DNA of 29,025 bases from Alphaproteobacteria bacterium (lineage in GTDB: Bacteria > Pseudomonadota > Alphaproteobacteria > ATCC43930 > CGMCC-115725). Under the pieces are notes generated by a model that had not been told where the DNA came from, searched no databases, and saw nothing but the letters and a program-made list of their open reading frames with translations. Shown here piece after piece: positions 1 through 7,790 of the stretch. The position numbers were made by a program, and so were the translations under genes. Within the stretch, counting starts at the first letter, position 1. Every line of letters begins with the position of its first letter. Location: NCBI GenBank assembly GCA_005888515.1, contig VAZR01000042.1, forward strand, positions 1-29,025, in the 5' to 3' direction.

Positions 1-640
1 GATAGACCCGGTTAAGGTAGATCTCGAGTATTTGATCCTTCGCAAAACGGTGCTCGAGCCACAAGGCCAGCAGCGTCTCTCGGATCTTGCGGGCCAGACT
101 GCGCTCCGGCGTCAGAAACAGGATCTTGGCGAGCTGCTGGGAAATCGTGCTGCCGCCCTGGACGACATGCCGGGCGCGCAGGTCGATGACTGCAGCGCGA
201 ACCAACCCGATCGGGTCGATCCCGAAATGGCTATAAAAGCGGCGATCCTCGGTCGCGATCACCGCTTGCGGCAGAAACGGCGACATCTGTTTGAGGCTCA
301 AGGGTTCGCCGAACAGATCGCCGAGACTGGCCAGCGTGCTGCCGTCCTCCGCCAGGATCGTGATGGTCGGCCGACGCAGCGAGGTGCCAAGCTGGCTGGT
401 GTCGGGGAGGGTCAGCGCGAAATAGCCGATTGTGCCGCCGCCCAGGATCGCGGCCCACAATAGCAGCAGGATGGTGAACCTGAAGAAGCCGCGGACCAGA
501 CGGCGCGGTCGTCGCGCGGAGCGTGGCCGGCGGCCCTGCCGCAGCCGCCCTTGGCGGCGCCGGGCTCCCGGGATTGCCGCGGTGATTCGCTCGGCCGGAT
601 CGACGCGTAGCGGCCGATCGCTCATCGGCCGCCCGCTCAT
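1..640 (-). CDS. Class A penicillin-binding protein (PBP1A family), N-terminal transglycosylase part; runs off the left edge
   Basis: A minus-strand frame absent from the ORF track reads an Arg-rich N-tail and a TM (FFRFTILLLLWAAILGG), then GT51 motifs EDRRFYSHFGID, QGGSTISQQLAK, RKIRE and EIYLNRVY. In-frame ATGs at 640 and 625; the start is uncertain. Confidence 0.9.
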   Translation of the reverse strand, partial: MSGRPMSDRPLRVDPAERITAAIPGARRRQGRLRQGRRPRSARRPRRLVRGFFRFTILLLLWAAILGGGTIGYFALTLPDTSQLGTSLRRPTITILAEDGSTLASLGDLFGEPLSLKQMSPFLPQAVIATEDRRFYSHFGIDPIGLVRAAVIDLRARHVVQGGSTISQQLAKILFLTPERSLARKIRETLLALWLEHRFAKDQILEIYLNRVY

Positions 641-788
641 CGGCCGCCCGGCTTGGTGCCGCCGCAGCGGTGCACCGGTCGCATTGCGATACCCCTCCCG
701 CGCGGCATCCCCCGCCGCGCCACCCGGCATTATGCCGCAAACTATGGCAAAGGTTCGGCAGTTATCGGCGCGTCGGGCCCGAGGGTGC

Positions 789-813
789 GGAACCGCCTTT
801 AACCGGCAATGTT
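789..813 (+). promoter_or_regulatory. Candidate EcfG (sigmaT/RpoE2) general-stress promoter
   Basis: GGAAC(789-793)-N16-TGTT(810-813) versus the consensus GGAAC-N16/17-CGTT. It lies 33 nt upstream of ATG 847, which has a GGAG RBS. Confidence 0.55.
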
Positions 814-831
814 GGATTTCTCATCGGATAA

Positions 832-1194
<363 letters not shown>

Positions 1195-1278
1195 GCTCTC
1201 CGCTCTAAACGGGGTGACCCGGCAGGCCGGTGCGGCTAATCTAGAGGCCGCACTCGCATCGTCGCGGGGCCACCCGGG

Positions 1279-1482
1279 ATGTCGCGCCGCAGCCAGGAAA
1301 ATCATGAAGACGCGGAGCGCCGTACTGCTGCCTTGATGGGCTTTGTCATTATCCTGGTGCTGGCGATCGCCGGGGTCGTGCTGGTACGCGAAATCAGCCG
1401 GACAATGCGAATCGAGGATTGCCTGATGGCGGGACGGCACAATTGCGTCCCGATCGAGGCGCCGGTGCGGCGGCCGTTCTAG
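1279..1482 (+). CDS. Small single-TM hypothetical protein (67 aa)
   Basis: Charged N-terminus, one TM (LMGFVIILVLAIAGVVLV) and a C-terminal EDCLMAGRHNC segment, resembling small alphaproteobacterial hypotheticals. Confidence 0.7.
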   Translation: MSRRSQENHEDAERRTAALMGFVIILVLAIAGVVLVREISRTMRIEDCLMAGRHNCVPIEAPVRRPF

Positions 1483-1490
1483 GCACGGCC

Positions 1491-1527
1491 TAAAAGAAAC
1501 CGGGCGCCGCTGGGGCGCCCGGCTTTG
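1491..1527 (-). terminator. Intrinsic terminator, possibly bidirectional
   Basis: Stem CCGGGCGCC(1500-1508)/GGCGCCCGG(1514-1522) with a 5-nt loop. On the minus strand it is followed by TTTCTTTTA; on the plus strand by CTTTG. It lies between convergent genes ending at 1482 and 1549. Confidence 0.8.
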
Positions 1528-1548
1528 TCCGGCAGTCTTGCCGCGGGA

Positions 1549-2112
1549 TCAGCCGCGATTCCCGTGGTGCCGGTGATGGCCGCGACCGCGCATATTGCGG
1601 TGTTCCATGCCCGGCGAGTTGCCCGCCGAGCTCCCGGCGGTGCCTAGGGTCGAGGACGAACCGGAGCGTTCGCGTTCGCCGGCGGTCGATCCGCCGGTGC
1701 CGAGCGTGCTGCTCGAGCCCATGCGCTTGCCGGTTCCAGCCGCGCTGCCGCCGGTGCCAACGGTTGAGCTCGTGCTGCCCTTGCCGGCGGTGCTGCCGCC
1801 GAGGCCAAGCGTGCTGCTCGTCCCGGTGCCGCTCTTGCCGCCTGTTCCGGCCGCACTGCCGCCGGTGCCGAGCGAGGTGCTGGTGCTGCCGCCGCCGGCG
1901 GTACTCCCGCCGAGGCCGAGCGTGCTCGCTGAGCCAGTGCCGGTCCCGCCACCAGCCGCGCTGCCGCCGGTACCGAGGCTGGTGCTGGTCGAGCCGCCGC
2001 CGGCGGTACTGCCGCCCGTGCCGAGCGTCGAGCTCGACTGGGCGTAGGCAATCGCGGCGGTGCCGGCAAGCAGACTCGCCACCATCGCGGTTACTCTGAT
2101 CTTGTTCCACAT
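1549..2112 (-). CDS. Secreted Gly/Ser/Thr-rich repeat protein P1 (187 aa), unknown function
   Basis: RBS CAGGAGAAG before ATG 2112; signal peptide ending AYA|Q; eight S/T-rich [LV]G[TL][GA]GS[TAS]AG repeats; His/Arg-rich tail; followed by a terminator. Confidence 0.85.
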   Translation of the reverse strand: MWNKIRVTAMVASLLAGTAAIAYAQSSSTLGTGGSTAGGGSTSTSLGTGGSAAGGGTGTGSASTLGLGGSTAGGGSTSTSLGTGGSAAGTGGKSGTGTSSTLGLGGSTAGKGSTSSTVGTGGSAAGTGKRMGSSSTLGTGGSTAGERERSGSSSTLGTAGSSAGNSPGMEHRNMRGRGHHRHHGNRG

Positions 2113-2383
2113 ACCGTCTTCTCCTGCGTTGGTCCTGATGTAGCCGTCGCCAAGGGAGACCGCGATCCGCTCCGAAATCCCGAAAGGTTCGCCAGGGCAC
2201 CATTGGTCAGTTCGAGCGGACCGCGATGTCATCGAGCTAAACAGTCGTTCCGGTATCGGTTTCGCCACACTCTCCGGTTATGCGATGTGGCGGGGATTTG
2301 GACGCCTTGCGATTGCAAGCGGAGGCATCGGCGAGCGGATTGCCGTTCTCTTTGCATCGGATTCATCGAATCAGGAGCAAGAA

Positions 2384-2866
2384 ATGAGCAGTCGATTTGT
2401 CATCGCCGCGGCCACGGCGGCTTTGCTTGTCGGTAGCGCGGCAGCAGGTTTTGCCCAATCGGCTTCGACCGTCGGCACCGGCGCCGGTTCGGTCGGCGCG
2501 AGCGGCTCAAGCGGCGTTGTCGGGACCGGCGGCAGTGCCGCGGCCGGCGGCACCTCGGCCTCTTCGCTCGGCCTTGGCGCCCAGTCGACGACGCCGACGA
2601 CCTCGTCGTCGAGTCTCGGTACCGGCGGTAGCGCTGCCGCTGTCGATGGGCATGTCATGAGCCACAGTGGCGTGCATGGGAATCGTAATCTCAGCGGGCA
2701 GTCGATGGATCAGGCCCACCAGCCCGGCGGGGTGTGGAGCAAGTCCCACACGCAGACGCATGTCCGTCACGGAGAGCTGACCGGCCGGACCAAATCAATG
2801 TCGCACGAGCCCGGCGGCCCGCCGGTCAAATCAACGACCGGCAGCTCCGTCAACCTCGGCCAGTAG
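2384..2866 (+). CDS. Secreted Gly/Ser/Thr-rich protein P2 (160 aa), repeat paralog of P1 with a His-rich C-terminal half
   Basis: RBS CAGGAG before ATG 2384; signal peptide ending GFA|Q; four [LV]G[TL]G[GA] repeats, then a His-rich segment with two SM...H[QE]PGG units. Confidence 0.85.
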   Translation: MSSRFVIAAATAALLVGSAAAGFAQSASTVGTGAGSVGASGSSGVVGTGGSAAAGGTSASSLGLGAQSTTPTTSSSSLGTGGSAAAVDGHVMSHSGVHGNRNLSGQSMDQAHQPGGVWSKSHTQTHVRHGELTGRTKSMSHEPGGPPVKSTTGSSVNLGQ

Positions 2867-2972
2867 AACTAGCCAGGAGAACTAGGCAGCGCGGCATGCG
2901 CCCCAAGTCAGACGCGCCCGCCGCTTCTCTGATCCTGGAATCCCGCCGGTCTGCGGAGCGGCGGGATTTCAT

Positions 2973-3329
2973 TTATTTCTTTTCCGGACGGTAGATCACG
3001 CAATCCGAACCGGCAGCGGCCGATGAATGGCCGCCGCTGCTCGAGCTGCTGCCGGCCACTGCCGAAGAGCTGCTGCCGCCGCCTGGAGATATCGTGACCG
3101 ACGAGCCGCCGCCCGGCGTTACGGTCGTGCTGCCGCTGAGCCCGCCTGAGCCGGTCGTGACCGTCGTGCTGTTCGATCCGTCCTTGGTCGTGACCACGCG
3201 GCACGGCTTGCCGTTGACGATCACGGTACCGTTCGAGCCCGACGCCACGGAGACACTGTCGGCGAGGGCGGGCGTCCCGAGCGCTGCCAGGGCGAGCACG
3301 ATCGGGAAAATCTCGCTGCGAATACGCAT
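2973..3329 (-). CDS. Secreted Ser/Gly/Thr-rich protein P3 (118 aa) with two Cys
   Basis: RBS GGAGG before GTG 3332/ATG 3329; signal peptide ending ALA|D; low-complexity core flanked by KPCRVV and SDCVIY. Confidence 0.8.
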   Translation of the reverse strand: MRIRSEIFPIVLALAALGTPALADSVSVASGSNGTVIVNGKPCRVVTTKDGSNSTTVTTGSGGLSGSTTVTPGGGSSVTISPGGGSSSSAVAGSSSSSGGHSSAAAGSDCVIYRPEKK

Positions 3330-3407
3330 CACGCAAATCCTCCGAAGCGGTGAATGCTACTGGGTAAACGCGGCTCGTGGCAGGTGTGCGCCTGCTGAAA
3401 GCGATGG

Positions 3408-3911
3408 TTATTGGCCGGCGGCGCTGCCAGCGGTGGAAGTACCGGAGCCGGCAGCGGAGCCGCCGATTGTGCTGCCGCCGATCCCGTACGCGCTGCCGCC
3501 TGTGGTCGAACTGCCATAGCCGGTCGGAACGCCGCCGATCGTGGCGCCGCCGACGCCAGAGCTACTGCCGCCCGGCGTGCCGGCATTACCATAGCCGGAG
3601 GCGCGGCCGCCGGCGCCGAGGCTCATGCTGTTGATGCCGACATTCGCGCTGGGGCCGGTGCCTAGCGCCGAGCCGCTGCTGCCATAGCCGCCGTAACCAG
3701 GCGAACCGCTGCTGCTTGTGGCCGATGTGGCGGTGGTACCCGTGCCGCCGCCACCTGCGGCACCGCCGGTGCCGGCCGAACCGCCGCTGCTGCCGCCTGC
3801 GCCTATCACGCTGCCGCCGAAGCCAAAATTCGACGTGGTCTGGGCCAACGCCGGCGGCGATGCAGCGAGAGTTGCGGCGATTAGAGCCGTGCTGAAGTAG
3901 CGGCCGCGCAT
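3408..3911 (-). CDS. Secreted Gly/Ser-rich protein P4 (167 aa), almost uncharged
   Basis: RBS TGAGGA before ATG 3911; signal peptide ending ALA|Q; mature region is Gly/Ser/Thr/Ala with Tyr/Phe-Gly motifs. Confidence 0.8.
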   Translation of the reverse strand: MRGRYFSTALIAATLAASPPALAQTTSNFGFGGSVIGAGGSSGGSAGTGGAAGGGGTGTTATSATSSSGSPGYGGYGSSGSALGTGPSANVGINSMSLGAGGRASGYGNAGTPGGSSSGVGGATIGGVPTGYGSSTTGGSAYGIGGSTIGGSAAGSGTSTAGSAAGQ

Positions 3912-4123
3912 CGTGGTTTTCCTCAGGCCCTGTCGTCGGTCGTTCGTATAGCCAACGCCCGGCTCGGCTCTCTCTCGCCCGAGCGGAACGTCGCGGTGTG
4001 GAGCGCCGGCCGTTTTCAGCGATCGCGCGATGCCGTCGCATAGCCTGGCGGCGGCTTGTCGCGCCGCCATTTCCCGGCCACACTGGCCGACTCCCTGTTT
4101 GCAGCGCCCCGGGACGAGGATCG

Positions 4124-5170
4124 ATGAAAAACCAGCCGTCCGGCCATACCGGCCGCCATTTCCTGCAGATCCCCGGGCCGACCAACGTGCCCGACCGGGT
4201 GTTGCATGCCATCGCTTTCCCGACGATCGATCATCGCGGCCCGGAATTCGCCGATGTCGGCAAGGAGATCGTTGCGGGTATGCGGCGGGTATTTCAGACG
4301 GATGGGACAGTGGTCGTTTATCCTTCGTCCGGCACCGGCGCCTGGGAGGCGGCGCTCGTCAACACGCTCTCACCGGGGGACCGGGTGCTGATGTTCGAGA
4401 CCGGCCACTTCGCAACATTATGGCGGCAGATGGCGACGAGGCTCGGGCTCGATATCGAGTTCGTGCCGGGCGATTGGCGGCATGGTGTGGACCCGGCGCA
4501 AGTGGCCGAGAAGCTCACGATTTCTTCGCTCGCCTCGATCGACTACCGCCATGACGAATGGGGCGTCGATGTCACCGTCGCAGGCTCGCAGAAGGGGCTG
4601 ATGCTGCCGCCTGGGCTCGGCTTCAACGCGGTGTCCGACAAGGCGCTCGCCGCCTCGAAAAACGCGAAATTGACGCGCTCGTACTGGGATTGGGCAGCGA
4701 TGCAGGAAACCGGGCAGACCGGGTTTTTCCCGTACACGCCAGCAACCAACCTGCTGTTCGGGCTGCGCGAGGCGCTCAAAATGCTGCTTGAGGAAGAGGG
4801 GCTCGACGCCGTTTTCGTGCGTCATGCCCGGCACGCCGAGGCGACGCGGCGCGCCGTCACCGGCTGGGGCCTGGAGGTGCTGTGCGCCGAGCCGCGCGAA
4901 CACTCGAACTCTCTGACTGCGGTGCTGGTACCCGACGGATATGACGCCGACCGGGTGCGCGAGATTATCCTGGACGGGTTCGACATGTCGCTCGGCACCG
5001 GTCTCGGCAAGATGAAGGGCAAGATCTTCCGCATCGGCCATCTCGGCCACTTCAACGATTTGATGCTGTGCGGCACGTTGTGTGGGGTCGAGATGGGGCT
5101 GCACCGCGCCGGAATCCCGCATCGCGGCGGCGGTGTTGCGGCGGCGCTCGAATACCTCGGCGCCGCATAA
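4124..5170 (+). CDS. sgaA: Class V PLP aminotransferase (serine/alanine-glyoxylate aminotransferase family) with an apparent in-frame internal deletion
   Basis: GRHFLQIPGPTN, SSGTGAWEAAL, GSQKGLMLPPG (PLP Lys), FFPYTP and FRIGHLG. The segment expected between AEKL and TISSL is absent. Confidence 0.85.
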   Translation: MKNQPSGHTGRHFLQIPGPTNVPDRVLHAIAFPTIDHRGPEFADVGKEIVAGMRRVFQTDGTVVVYPSSGTGAWEAALVNTLSPGDRVLMFETGHFATLWRQMATRLGLDIEFVPGDWRHGVDPAQVAEKLTISSLASIDYRHDEWGVDVTVAGSQKGLMLPPGLGFNAVSDKALAASKNAKLTRSYWDWAAMQETGQTGFFPYTPATNLLFGLREALKMLLEEEGLDAVFVRHARHAEATRRAVTGWGLEVLCAEPREHSNSLTAVLVPDGYDADRVREIILDGFDMSLGTGLGKMKGKIFRIGHLGHFNDLMLCGTLCGVEMGLHRAGIPHRGGGVAAALEYLGAA

Positions 5171-5198
5171 GGCAGGGCCAATCCCGGAGAGGAATGCG

Positions 5199-5951
5199 AT
5201 GAATTCAACGCTGATAGACGAGGCCGCCCGCGCCCTTGCCGCAGCCCGAACCGGCCAGCCGATCGCCGCGTTGCCCGACGCCGCGCGGCCGCAATCCGAA
5301 GCGGATTCCTACGCCATCCAGGAGGCGGTGCTGCGGCGGCTCGGCGAACGCATTGGCGGTTACAAGGTGGGTTTCTCACCCGAGGGCGGGATCTTCTGCG
5401 CGCCAATTTATGCGTCTCGCGTGCATGCCAGCCCGGCGAGCCTGCCGGCCAAGGGCTTTCACCTGATCGGGATCGAATGTGAGATCGGGTTCCACCTCGA
5501 TCAGGCATTCGGCGAACGGGTCCGGCCGTACAGCCGTGAGGAAGTGCTAACAGCCGCTTCGCTGCACCCGACCATCGAGGTCGTCGACTCGCGCTATCAG
5601 GATTTTCGCTCGCTCGACCGGCTGCAGGTCCTCGCCGACAATTTCTCGAACGGCGCCCTCGTGTACGGCGCCGCGGCATCGGGTTGGCAGGGAATGGACC
5701 TCACCCATCCGCCAATCGCGGTGACTGGCGACGGCAAGGATTTCGCGGAATGCACCGGATTGCGCGCCGGCGACCCGATCGGGCTGCTCGTCGAATTGGT
5801 GAATTTTGTAGCGAACAGGCGCGGTGGCGTCCCGGCCGGCACGTGGGTGACGACCGGCACCCATACTGGCCTGGTGTTCACCGAACCGGGCGTCACGATC
5901 CGCGCCGAATACGGTCCGCTCGGGCGGGTCGAGGTGTCGTTCCCGGCGTAG
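5199..5951 (+). CDS. 2-keto-4-pentenoate hydratase-like protein (FAH superfamily)
   Basis: DSYAIQ, GYKVG, ECEIGF, IEVVDSR, LADN and VTTGT motifs; RBS GAGGA. Confidence 0.85.
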   Translation: MNSTLIDEAARALAAARTGQPIAALPDAARPQSEADSYAIQEAVLRRLGERIGGYKVGFSPEGGIFCAPIYASRVHASPASLPAKGFHLIGIECEIGFHLDQAFGERVRPYSREEVLTAASLHPTIEVVDSRYQDFRSLDRLQVLADNFSNGALVYGAAASGWQGMDLTHPPIAVTGDGKDFAECTGLRAGDPIGLLVELVNFVANRRGGVPAGTWVTTGTHTGLVFTEPGVTIRAEYGPLGRVEVSFPA

Positions 5952-5963
5952 TACGAGGCTTGG

Positions 5964-6548
5964 ATGACCACGCCGATCGAGACCGGGGCTGCGATCGCCA
6001 GCCGGTCGGCGGGCATCTACGATCGGGTTGCGCGCAGCTTGCATTGGCTAGTTGCCGGTCTCGCCGTCATTGTCGTTGCACTGGGCTGGGCGATACGAGG
6101 CTCGCCGCGCGAGAGCGGATCGCGCGAGCTGCTGCTTATGCTGCACCGCTCGTTGGGGCTGCTGGTAATCGCGCTAATCCTGTTTCGCGGCTGGTGGCGC
6201 CTGTCTCATTCGCCGCCGCCGCTGCCGGCGAGCTTAATGCGGCTCGAAGTATGGGCGGCGCATGCCACTCATCTGCTGCTGTACGTCTTTTTCGTGCTGC
6301 TGCCGTTAAGCGGCTACATCAACGCCGCCACAGCGGGACACGCCGTCAGCTTCTTCGGGATCTTTACGATCCCGCCGCTGATAGCCGAGAACCCCCGATT
6401 ATCGCAGATCGCGAATGGCATTCATCTAGCGGGGCAGTTTCTGGTCTACGCGCTGGTCGCGGTCCATATCGCGGCCGCGCTGATGCACGGGCTAATCCGC
6501 CATGACGGGGTCTTCGAACGCATGCTGCCACGCCGCCGCGCCGGTTGA
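5964..6548 (+). CDS. Cytochrome b561 (CybB/YceJ family)
   Basis: Four TM helices with heme-ligand His in LHW, LHRSLG, IH and VHIAAALMH; PLSGY motif. Confidence 0.9.
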   Translation: MTTPIETGAAIASRSAGIYDRVARSLHWLVAGLAVIVVALGWAIRGSPRESGSRELLLMLHRSLGLLVIALILFRGWWRLSHSPPPLPASLMRLEVWAAHATHLLLYVFFVLLPLSGYINAATAGHAVSFFGIFTIPPLIAENPRLSQIANGIHLAGQFLVYALVAVHIAAALMHGLIRHDGVFERMLPRRRAG

Positions 6549-6557
6549 CGCCGGCGC

Positions 6558-6917
6558 TCAGCGGGCCTCGGACGGCACCAGCGAGAATTTCGCACCGAAG
6601 AAGGCGAGGGCGTCACGGAGGTCGCGGGCGACCCGCAACCGCTGGCGCCCGCTAAGCACGATGAACTCGGGGGGCTGCGCCGCCGTTATCGCCGTCTTGA
6701 CGATCGTGTAGGCGGGGTTTTCATGGGTATGACGGAAAACAGAGAACAATGCCTGACCGTCGCGATGATCTATCGCGTAATCGCGCCATACGCCGCGCGC
6801 GACGTTGCGGCTGTAGAGCCCGAGCAGCTGGTTCAGCTCGGAGCGCGTGAAGTACAGCGTGCGGCGTCCGCCCCGATAGTCCCTGAGTGGCAGCACCGTC
6901 GCATTATTGCCGATCAT
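6558..6917 (-). CDS. DUF2794 family protein
   Basis: FTRSELNQLLGLYSRNVARGVWRDYAID...FSVFRH signature. The ATG 6917 start is inferred. Confidence 0.8.
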   Translation of the reverse strand: MIGNNATVLPLRDYRGGRRTLYFTRSELNQLLGLYSRNVARGVWRDYAIDHRDGQALFSVFRHTHENPAYTIVKTAITAAQPPEFIVLSGRQRLRVARDLRDALAFFGAKFSLVPSEAR

Positions 6918-7121
6918 CGCCGACCATCGTTTGTGGCTGCTGGCATAATTTTGACCATTTCCCGGCGAGCGTCCAGCCGTCTCGAAGGATGCGTTCGCCG
7001 ATAGCGTCGCAAGGCCGTGCGACCGGTTGCCGCCGCCCCGCGACACGGACCGCCGCGGTTTGCGTCACCTCGGCCGAGCGGATATGGTAGCCGCCCTTCG
7101 ATCAGGGCTGCCGGGGCTTTT

Positions 7122-7763
7122 GTGAGCGACATCTTCCGCGAAATCGACGAGGAGCTGCGTCGCGAAAACCTCCTCAAGCTCTGGTCGCGCTACGGCAAAT
7201 ACGTGATCCTCGCGGTCGCGCTCATCGTGGTGATCGTTGGCGCGATCGTGGCTTGGCGCGAGCACCAAGCCTCGGAACGACGCGCGCAGTCCGGGCGCTA
7301 TTCGGCAGCCCTGGCGCTGGTTCGGGAGGGCAAGAATACCGATGCCGCCAAGCTGTTCGCATCGCTTGCTCAGGAGGGTGGCGGTTACGGTCTGCTGGCA
7401 TCGTTCGAAGAGGCCGAGCTGTTGGCCAAAAGCGGTGACCGCAAAGCGGCCATCGCCGCCTACGACAATCTATCCAGCTCATCCGGCATCGACCGCGAAT
7501 TCCGCGATCTTGCGGTCCTGCTATCGGTCATGCACGGTCTGGCGGATGGCGACCCGAAGATCGCCATCGAGCGGCTCCAGCGCCTGACCGAAGCCGGAAA
7601 TCCATGGCGCGCCAGCGCGCTCGAATTGACTGCAGCGGCAAAGCTGAAGGGCGGCGACCGCAACGGCGCGCTCGAGATCTACAAAACACTCGCCGATGAT
7701 CTGACTGCGCCGCAGCGGCTGCGCGCGCGAGCCGCCGAAATGGCGGCGGCTCTTGCATCCTAA
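7122..7763 (+). CDS. YfgM-like TPR membrane-anchored protein
   Basis: SDIFREIDEELRRE N-terminus, one TM and a helical repeat body; directly upstream of bamB-der; GTG start at 7122. Confidence 0.88.
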   Translation: MSDIFREIDEELRRENLLKLWSRYGKYVILAVALIVVIVGAIVAWREHQASERRAQSGRYSAALALVREGKNTDAAKLFASLAQEGGGYGLLASFEEAELLAKSGDRKAAIAAYDNLSSSSGIDREFRDLAVLLSVMHGLADGDPKIAIERLQRLTEAGNPWRASALELTAAAKLKGGDRNGALEIYKTLADDLTAPQRLRARAAEMAAALAS

Positions 7764-7790
7764 CAGCCGCATTCGTTCCGCCTTCATCCG

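Noticed and set aside
1595-2069. Pro/Val-rich ORF 1595-2047 (+) and alternate-frame ORF 1644-2069 (-)
   Set aside because: These are shadows of the P1 repeat gene. P1 has the RBS, signal peptide and terminator. The same applies to the ORFs overlapping P2-P4.
2113-2383. EcfG or sigma54 promoter between P1 and P2
   Set aside because: A minus-strand GGAAC near 2250 has no GTT at the correct spacing, and I found no GG-N10-GC with TTGC.
1549-2866. Multi-core RiPP precursor interpretation of the repeats
   Set aside because: No modifying enzyme, protease or exporter lies nearby, the repeats lack consistent cleavage motifs, and the leaders look like ordinary Sec signals.
1549-3911. Calling the Gly/Ser proteins ice-nucleation proteins, curlin or collagen
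   Set aside because: There is no AGYGSTxT 16-mer array (only loose GSTAG/GYGS resemblance), no curlin Q/N ladder, no strict G-X-Y triplets and no csg/fap secretion genes. These are kept only as analogies.
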